Source: Octopus vulgaris (Eukaryota). Taken from it: 64,000 nt of DNA. Shown piece by piece: positions 55,400-64,000 of this stretch (its first letter is position 1; every line of letters starts with the position of its first letter). Location: positions 6,572,001-6,636,000 of the forward strand of contig OX597832.1 of the NCBI GenBank assembly GCA_951406725.2, written 5' to 3'. A program made the translations under genes and the position numbers. Under the pieces are notes generated by a model that worked only from the letters and a program-made list of their open reading frames with translations, was not told the origin of the DNA and did not search any database.

Positions 55400-56500
55400 A
55401 CAAATGGACTCAGACAATAAATGCTTTTCTAAGAATATGAGCAATTGCAAGAAGGGTGGATTTTTGAAGCACTCACATGTCCATCTTGATGTCCAACCAT
55501 TCCAAGTGGTGCATTAGTTTTTTTTCTTTCTCAGGATTAAACCTATTGCTTCCGTGATAACTTGTATAACTTCCACATTTGCCACTGAACATTATTGATA
55601 TTTCTACTTCCAATATACCATATTTCGAGATTTTTTCTGCATCTTTTCTGTAATTTTTATGTTTAAAGGAATTGCAGCATCTTTTTCCAGTGTCATGTTT
55701 AATAATATCTGGTGTAAAGTATTCAGTTACCTTTTTCCATAGAATCTTTGGTTTACTAGATTTGTTCAGATCCATTCTAGTACATGATTGTTCCACCCAT
55801 CTGAAGTGTTATGTCCAAATAGTTTATAAGCAACCAATGCAAATTGAGATAGACCTTATCTTGATATTCATATTCTTTCTTAGTTAACATTTCACAACTT
55901 GCTACAGTATGATCAATATTTTCCACTCACTCATTACAGAGACAATATCTTTTCATTGAGGTGGTATAATAAATGTCTTTATTTACTGGAATAGTATTAA
56001 ATTCTTGATATCTCTGTGGAACTGTATTTGTCATTGCATTTTCCTTGCACAGCCTTTCTTTCACTAACTAACCTATTTTTAGTATACATTCTTCTCTTCA
56101 AGTTCAACACCAGCAGATTTTAATTCTATTGTAGCATATTTAAGTAGTTCTTCACCTTTTTTGCAAGATAATATCTTATTGACCTTAGCACTCTATCCAC
56201 ATAGTCATAAATGCTAATAAGTCCTCCCATTTCATGTATAAACTACTAACATTTGCCTTCAGATCTAGCACTTCATGTATAGTTAGTTTTTCTCATTTTT
56301 CTGTCTAATACAGCTATGTCATCTTTCATCCAATCGACTCTTCTAGCACTATAACTCATGACTGCATCCACTCACATGTTGATCATCACATTTATAAAAT
56401 TCCTTGAATTACATTTGGAAGTCAACAAGCCTCAATTTTTTCAAATATGTGTCATTTTCACATTCTACTGAGCTATAGATGTAGGCATGACTGTTTGCTT
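55400..56500 (-). mobile_element. R4/Dong-like non-LTR retrotransposon remnant (zinc knuckle + REL endonuclease)
   Basis: Minus strand CLCNE..ENIDHTVASC..L.KKEY..QDKV..LHW, then PDII...EKISKY..LE.EI (ORF 55473-55796); upstream AVMSYSA...W. Confidence 0.7.
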
Positions 56501-56804
56501 CATAACCATATGGACAAGTATCTTCTACCTCAACCTTAAGCTGAAATTTGAATGAAATTTAGTAAATAGGAACAGTAGGGAGCCCATTGTATGTGTGCGT
56601 TTGCACATGCACGTGTGCACACACAACGCACTAAACTTTAAAATAATTACAGGATCAATATACTTGACTAAACCCTTGAAAATGTATTACAGCTGCTCAC
56701 CAATATTTGATAAAAGACTAGAATAGAAGGATATATATATATATATATATATATATATCTATATAGATATAGATTGATATGGAGATATATATAGATATAT
56801 ATAT

Positions 56805-56975
56805 ACTGTGAATGCCACATAAAAAGTGTTCAGTCCACTCTGCAAAGTGGTTGGTGTTAGGAAGGGCATCCAGCCTTAAAAACCCTGCTAAAACAGAGTG
56901 AAGGCTGGTGCAGTCTTCTGCCTAGCTACCCCCTGTCAAACCATCTAACCCATGCCAGCATAGCAAATGGACATG
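56805..56975 (+). mobile_element. RTE-type 3' tail fragment
   Basis: agtggttggtgttaggaagggcatccagc...aacccatgccagcatagcaaatggac. Confidence 0.65.
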
Positions 56976-58031
56976 GTTAAGAGTTGTTTTGACTCTTACT
57001 TCTAGCAATGCTGATGTGTATAGTTCTGCCTTATAATTGTAAATTGCGAATAAGCCACCTTTATTTATACATACATGCATACATATATATATCATACTTT
57101 ATATAAACTATTTATCAGTCTTATAAATAATATGGATAATATAAAAATGTTGTAACTCTAAATAGATTTCTTTGATTTCACTCCATAGTTTGGAGTACGA
57201 CAAAAAAGACTCAGAAGTCAATAGTACTGTTATAGTATGTAGATAATTATAACAATAGTGTCTATATGGATATATAACCAGATAAGTTAGACAGAGCTAC
57301 TGTATAACTTGTTGATCCTGTATTGGCGAATTTAGTTAATAATTTGTATATAGTGTGGAGAAAATTAATTTTATAAGACTGAAATAATCCACAAGTATAT
57401 TAAAGTACTTTTAAATGCATGAAAAAAAGAACCTCTGAAAATGTCACAATACTGTTGGGTATGTCAGAACAAACTAACATGGAAATAAATCAAGTAATTC
57501 TGATATGATATTAAAAGCTCCTATTGGAAGCAGTGCTTCTTCATAGACACATCAGTCCTTTTGATTCTTTCGAAGAAAGTGAGAATATAAGTATCTAAAA
57601 ATAGAAGTACAAAATGCATTGAATGAAAGTAGAAACAGTTCTACTTTTCTTGGAAACAATTCCAGTAAGAAGAGCTCTCTACAAATGATACAAAGCATAG
57701 CAAATGTAAACTTTCCATGGAATCAAACAGTCTGTGGAAAATGCACCTGGGATTGGAAACATCATCCCAGCATGGGTGCAGTCCAGTGATTGAAGCAAAT
57801 ATACACACACAAGTGTGTGTGTGTGTGATATCATTTTGCTTTTTAACATCCACTTTTCTGTGCTAACATGGATTGGACAAGATTTCTTGATGCTGTATTT
57901 TACAGCTTGGTATTCTTGTTGATGTCACTCTCGACTTGAACCACCAAGCTGCTGGACTTTTCTGTTTGTTCATGACAGAAATATGTCTAAGTAGTATGTG
58001 CGCACGCACACACACGCACACACACGCACAC

Positions 58032-58075
<44 letters not shown>

Positions 58076-58539
58076 TTCTGTTAGTTACAATGACGATTTT
58101 AAGCTGTAGCTGCTAAACTTGTAACTGTTCTGTAACTGCTGCTCATCATGCTGTGGTCAGCATACTGTGGTCATCTTCAGGTGGCCATTTTAATGCTCAT
58201 TAATCAGACAGCTGAAAAAGGAAAACTCTGTCAGAATGATAGACTGATACAGTTATTGTTTATCAATGAAGAACAGGAACATTGCTGCCATTGATAGTTT
58301 AAATGATGTTTATTGACAGAAAGAAATACTACATGCAGAATGGTATCATTTTCATCAAAACTTAACTAAATCAGTTTGGGCTTGTAAGATGTGCTGCACA
58401 TAATGGAAAAACCCATTACATTACTCTGAAATGCTGACATTTGCTCCGGAGTTTTAGAATCGGACCTTGTCAGACTAATCAAAATCATATAATCAAATGA
58501 GTTAAAATATAGTTTGTCTAGTTCTGATAAACAAGTGCT

Positions 58540-58860
58540 TGAATCCGGTACTTAAGCAGGATGTTGTCAATGTCATAATTTGGAATTATATGTGTCGAGA
58601 CAAGAGTTTAGTCCATACATCAAATCAAGAGCTTCATAAACTGTACAACCTCTCTGAATATCTTGGAGAAGACTATGCTTTCATATGCCTTGAGTAATTT
58701 GATCTGGTCATGGATTTTTCAGTATAATAATAGTTTGAAACATACCACAAGAATAATGAAGAAATTCATCAAAAGCAAAATATTTGATACTGCAAAAGCC
58801 AACGCAATCTCCAAATTTTTTAATCTGATAGAAACTTTCAGAAATGAATAAGAGAAATCT
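58540..58860 (+). mobile_element. Tc1-family transposase remnant
   Basis: WIFQYNNSLKHT (cf. FQQDNDPKHT) and QSP...NLIE (cf. SPDLNPIE) across a frameshift. Confidence 0.6.
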
Positions 58861-59157
58861 AGAAAATAAAGTAAATTGTATGATAATGTGATTAAAAAAT
58901 AGGAAGAAATTCCCAATAATATGACCATCAAACTTATAGTTCTGTTTCAAAAAAATTCAGGTCACTAAGTCTTAGTGCTATATAATTTTACTTATCTTGA
59001 TCTTTAATGAACACATCCCATTTTGATGAAAAACATTCTATGATTTAAATGTTCGTAAATCAACTCATAATCATCTATTTTGCATTATTGATAGTGTTGA
59101 TGATTGCAGAAGCTGAAATTTATATTATTTAGGAAGTACAATAAAATAAAGTTGGAC

Positions 59158-59565
59158 AGGCGCAGGAGTGGCTGTGTGGTAAGTAGTTTGCCAACCAACC
59201 ACATGGTTCTGGGTTCAGTCCCACTGCGTGGCATCTTGGGCAAGTGTCTTCTGCTATAGCCCCGGGCCGACCAATGCCTTGTGAGTGGATTTGGTAGATG
59301 GAAACTGAAAGAAGCCTGTCGTATATATATATGTATATATGTGTGTATATGTGTTTGAGTGTCTGTGTTTGTCCCCCTAGCATTGCTTGACAACCGATGC
59401 TGGTGTGTTTACCTCCCCGTCACTTAGCGGTTCGGCAAAATAGACCGATAGAATAAGTACTGGGCTTACAAAGAATAAGTCCCGGGGTCAATTTGCTCAA
59501 CTAAAGGCGGTGCTCCAGCATGGCCGCAGTCAAATGACTGAAACAAGTAAAAGAGTAAAAGAGAA
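59158..59565 (+). mobile_element. SINE family A, full length, best-preserved copy
   Basis: aggcgcaggagtggctgtgtggtaag...gtaaaagagtaaaagag; nearly identical to 10950-11342. Confidence 0.92.
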
Positions 59566-59616
59566 AGAGAATTGTTAATGGCATCATATTCAAAAGAGTA
59601 AAAAAAAATCGTTTTA

Positions 59617-59660
<44 letters not shown>

Positions 59661-60188
59661 TTTGAATTGTGATTAAATAAAAGGAAATGACTTTTAATCA
59701 TCAGCATACTCTTGTCTTTAAATGCTACCACTACACACACACACATATGCATGCACACACATGATGGACTTTCACTCAGTTTCTGTCTACAAAATTCCAA
59801 AGGCTACAGTAGATGCTAGATTGTGATTTCAGGCTTAAACTCAAAATCACATGGTTGTGAATGGAGCTTCTTAACCACATGAACCTGCCTGCACCTATGT
59901 ATCTACTTGTTATGTACACACACACACATACATATATATAACGAATTATTAATGAAGGATTCTCAATCTGGACAAAATACTTCTTAAGCTCTCTGCTAAT
60001 ACAAATACACCAGGCTAACAAAAGGTTTTTTGATTGGTATAGAACTGCAGGTAATCCTAAGGCGAAATCTATAGTTGAAGTCCATCACCAGTCAACTTTG
60101 TAAATCCATGGTTTCATTCCTCCTCTGTTAATATGTTATGTTTCCACAGATGGATGTAGAAGAAAAGGTATAAATAATGTGTTTTACA

Positions 60189-60436
60189 TATTTATTTGTG
60201 CATTGTAGACTTTCAGCTGTTTCTGATATGCATTTTATGCACATTCATAACTTCATTTACTCAATCGGTTGATTGGTCAAATGAAAAAGTTGAATGACCT
60301 TAACAAATTCTATCATCTTCAGATTGCATTTAAGGTCATTTCAATCAATCAGTCAACCAGTTGAGTAAACAGATTTATAAATGCACTCGATATTCATATC
60401 AGAAACGGCTGTAAGTCTATGATGCACAAATAAATA
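60189..60436. mobile_element. Foldback element, ~110-bp diverged arms, hammerhead-like motifs
   Basis: tatttatttgtgcattgtagactttcagctgtttctgatatg / catatcagaaacggctgtaagtctatgatgcacaaataaata; inner aatgaccttaa/ttaaggtcatt; minus-strand CTGAAGA in the loop (60316-60322). Confidence 0.8.
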
Positions 60437-61134
60437 AATACAAAAAGCCCATTATTTGTGCATTTTCTTTGTGTGTGTGTGTGCACGCGTATCTGTCCTT
60501 CTGTCTGTACAATCAAAGTAAGAAGAATAAAAAATTAATCATTGTAAATGAAATGAAAGTTTTCCCCACCTAAGAAAGTTGTAACAAGAAATAGATAGAA
60601 ACTGTATAAAAAGCCCATGTACTACTGAGAAAACTCTTAAGTGTTTCTGCACGTGTGTAATTTAATTAATTGTTATTAATTTGTGCTAGATTATTGTTAT
60701 TAATAGTTGAAGGCATAATTTATTTCAGTTTAATGTCTATTTATTTGTTGTTATCACACTCTCTTCTTTAATTACAAATGAAATAGTTACTAACATGTCA
60801 GCTCAGAAATTTCTGAACATATCAGAGGTAAAAGATAAAATCAATAAAAAAATATCTAAACCTATTGTTGTACTGTGTTTGATGATGGCCGTGTGATTCT
60901 CAAAATGTATGGAAATGGAAAATAAGAGCATGAAGAACTCAGCAATGCAACTTAACCAGACTAAGAGAAATAATGAGGTATACATTCACAATGTACCACT
61001 TAGAGAAAAAAAAAAAAAATAAATAAATACTTAAAATACGGGATGATTTTAATGAGTGAACTTAACTCAAAACATAGAATTGAAAAGGTCATTACCCTGA
61101 TATTCTTGGTAGTACGACACAACTTGGATGTGAT

Positions 61135-61495
61135 CAGGCATGACTTTATGGTAAGAAATTTACTTCTCGAACACATGGTTCTGGGTTCATTCCCACTACA
61201 TGGCACTTTGGGTAAGTGTCTTCTTCTATAGTCATGGGCCAACCAAATCCGTGTGAGTGGATTTGGTAGACAGAAACTGAAAGAAGCTCATCATGTGTGT
61301 GTGTGTCTGTCTGTCTGTCTCCCTTCCACTACACTTGACAACTGGTGTTGTGTTGGTAAAAGAGACTGATAGAATAAATACCAGGCTTAAAATGAAAATA
61401 GGCACTTTGAGCAATTTGTTCGACTAAAGTTCTTCAAAGCTGTGCCCCAGCATGGTTGCAATCTAATGACTGAAATAAGTAAAAGATAAAAAGAT
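61135..61495 (+). mobile_element. SINE family A, diverged
   Basis: caggcatgactttatggtaag...gggttcattccc...gactgaaataagtaaaagataaaaga. Confidence 0.8.
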
Positions 61496-62117
61496 AACTA
61501 AAAGTAACCAGAGATACAATAAAAATAAAGCAAAAATATACCAGAAGGAAGCTATTAACATTCAAAATTTACCTGAAAGCCAACACACCTTATTTTATAT
61601 TCCTAAACAGAACAGAGGAAGAGGTCTCGTACAGCCATAGATTGTCTTCAAAATCTCTACAATTTGACAAGCTCTGTACAAAAGAATGACACCCTGTTAC
61701 AAGCTGTCATATCAGAAAACAAGTTGCATTCATTGCTCATAGGAACTCAAATAGTTACTCTAACAAATCACTTTAAAAACCACAAACACACTTTAAACAC
61801 AATAGAAAAAGTTAATACTTGAAGACTTGTTACGTAAACCATTCAAATGAAATCCATATGACAGTGTTCTAAAGATGTATCCTTGTTTTGTGACAAAAGT
61901 ATCAAGAGCAATTTGAAAAAAGGCTTATAAATAAATGTATAGCTTTAGTGTACAGAATGGCTTCAGAAGGATAGAGTATGCATATGTACAAGATAACAGT
62001 AGTGATTATAGTTACTAATTACATCAAATTTCATACTTCAGTTCTATGTTTAAGAGATGAGGAATTATGTACATTATTTACAATTGACGGATATTTGTCC
62101 TCATCTTGTTTGTTGTT

Positions 62118-62163
62118 AACACAACATTTCGGCTGATATACCCTCCAGCCTTCATCAGGTGTC
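62118..62163 (-). ncRNA. Minimal type I hammerhead ribozyme candidate
   Basis: GACAC-CUGAUGA-A-GGCUG(GAGGGUAUAU)CAGCC-GAA-AUGU-U-GUGUU. Stem I 5 bp, stem II 5 bp, loopless stem III (ancestral ACGU inferred from the two arms), GUU site. Confidence 0.7.
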
Positions 62164-62435
62164 TTGGGGAAATTTCGAACCTGGGTTCTCATTCCTAAGG
62201 TATTTTTTGATGCTGTTGTTTTTGTTGTTGATATTATTATTATTATTATTATTATTCAGGTCACTGCCTGGAATTGAACTTGGAATCTTGGGGTTAAGGG
62301 CGAGGGCTACTAACCCCAAGATTCTGGGTTCAATTCCAGGCTGTGACCTGAATAATAATTAACAATAATAATAATAATAACAACAACGTTGAAAAATACC
62401 TTAGGAATGAGAACCCAGGTTCGAAATTTCTCCAA

Positions 62436-62481
62436 GACACCTGATGAAGGCTGGAGGGTATATCAGCCAAAACATTGTGTT
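62436..62481 (+). ncRNA. Mirror hammerhead copy with core G12-to-A mutation
   Basis: gacac-CTGATGA-a-ggctg...cagcc-AAAA-cattgtgtt: GAAA is lost at 62469. Confidence 0.55.
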
Positions 62482-64000
62482 AACAACAAACAAGATGAGG
62501 ACAAATATCTGTCAATTGTAAATAATGTAAACAATTTAAATTTCATCCCAGAAGGATGGAAGGAAATGATTCTGCTAAATAATAATAATAATGCTTTCCA
62601 CTATAGGCATAAGGACTAAAAATTTGTGTGGAGGGGCTAGTTAATCACATGGCAACATTTGAACCCAGAACATAAAGCTGGAAGAAATACTACGAAGCAT
62701 TTTGTCTAGTGCACTAATGATTCTGCCAGCTCACTGCTTTTATAATAATAATAACAGCAGCAATATATATATAAGGGTCTATGACTTCAAGAACCAAGAG
62801 TCATTGATATATGAACTCTGAGCCATACAGCTTTGATTGCTCATGGTCAGTCACCCTGAAAATAGATTTTTTATTTTTTGCTTTCATTTGGAGATTTTTA
62901 TTTTTTGCCTTTGTTTGGAGCTCCTAATCCACACCACTATTGATTAAGAGCATTAAGTTCCAGTTTTTGTTACTCAAAGCTGCGGCAACTGAATACTTAA
63001 GTGACATATATTTTCACCTCATCAGCCATGCTTAAATGAATTCAGTCCATACTCTAATATATTCAGACCATACTATTATTATTTTATTGCTATCAAAGCC
63101 AGGAAAAAAATTAGCTAAACTTTATAATCCACTGTACTGTTCAATCTAGCATTGAGTGAGTTTATTCTGTCTGCTAATTGTAAAAGTATAAATTCTTTCT
63201 AAATATCTTTGAAACAATTTTATCATCAACTTTCAGTTGTAATTGTATAAAAAAAGACGTATGCTGATAATCCTACATATTGTAAAAATATAAGAAAAGT
63301 TATCAGGTTTACTTATTACTATTTTGGTAAACAGAAACTTATGGGAAGTTTATATTTAATTTAGCTTAAACCTTCTTTTAATTGAAATAGAGTTGGAGAT
63401 GTTGGCATATTTGTAAATGAGCACATACAAAGAGACATCTTTGTTTTATATACATTCACATTTCTATTAGAATTGGCTTATACATATGACTCATAAAACC
63501 AGTAGATTTCTATGTAACCAACTACTAACGCATCATTCTAAGTTGTACAACTCTTCACTCTTAAGGGTACACACACACACACACACACACAAAGTGAGAG
63601 TGAAGGAGAGAAGTTGAATAACTCTTGATTTGTTTTTGTTTTTTTACTATAAAACTGTATTTACTGTCTGTTGCCTAAACACTATTGAACGTTTTTCTCT
63701 TTGGCTGTTGGAAATGTGTAAGGTGATGGGATGCATTATAACATTACTTGTGTTTCTGACAGCTTTTACTTCACACTCCAGTAAACATTTATAGCAATAG
63801 TTAGGATATAAATTATCTTTTGTTAAGCGAGTGTCTTGCTCTCAAGTTACCATTACGTGAAGAACTTGAAATCAATTTTTGGTTTCATTTTCTATGACTC
63901 ATCTGAAGTCTTATTGACTCGGATTGTGATAATTATTTATGTTTTTTTGAAGCTATGCTTTTTTAAATTTGAGATTAGTGTTAGGGTAAAGGAATTCCAA

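Larger units (their letters stand above)
62039..62536. mobile_element. Foldback element, ~230-bp arms: tRNA-like head + (AAT)n + tandem hammerhead units
   Basis: Arms 62063-62296 and 62311-62536 are reverse complements around a 14-nt loop. Plus arm: GGTTAAGGGCGAGGGCTACTAACCCCAAGATTCTGGGTTCAATTCC, (aat)n, then gacac-CTGATGA-aggctg...cagcc. Confidence 0.88.

Noticed and set aside
57189-57230. Possible downstream kinase exon after ttcactccatag
   Set aside because: It does not encode the expected VRDGD..KHY SH2 continuation.
62291-62341. Functional tRNA gene
   Set aside because: No 5' acceptor strand or complete D-arm; it sits at the axis of a foldback. SINE heads were rejected as tRNAs for similar reasons.
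994-62619. Most ORFs in the six-frame track
   Set aside because: They are short readings of microsatellites, SINEs or AT-rich DNA (HTHTH, YIYIY, CVCVC) with no recognisable domain.

Overview
AT-rich eukaryotic DNA, most likely octopus (inferred from the SINE and RTE families; not database-checked). The only host coding sequence I can support is one 122-nt exon (42979-43100, +) encoding the N-terminal half of the SH2 domain of a Src42A/Frk-type tyrosine kinase, so the window is probably almost all giant introns. The rest is mobile DNA: many tRNA-derived SINEs, RTE, CR1 and R4/Dong-type LINE remnants, four Helitrons, hAT and piggyBac-type MITEs, a Tc1 relic and microsatellites. The most notable signal is a set of sequence-unrelated, ORF-less foldback elements (~481, ~1261, ~44581, ~49961, ~60189, ~62063). 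Each carries a whole or partial minimal type I hammerhead ribozyme motif (CUGAUGA...GAAA-palindromic stem III-NUH), in four cases with the CUGA(U/A)GA strand at the fold axis. One (62063-62536) joins a tRNA-like head to tandem hammerhead units. All calls were made by eye; coordinates of degenerate repeats are approximate.
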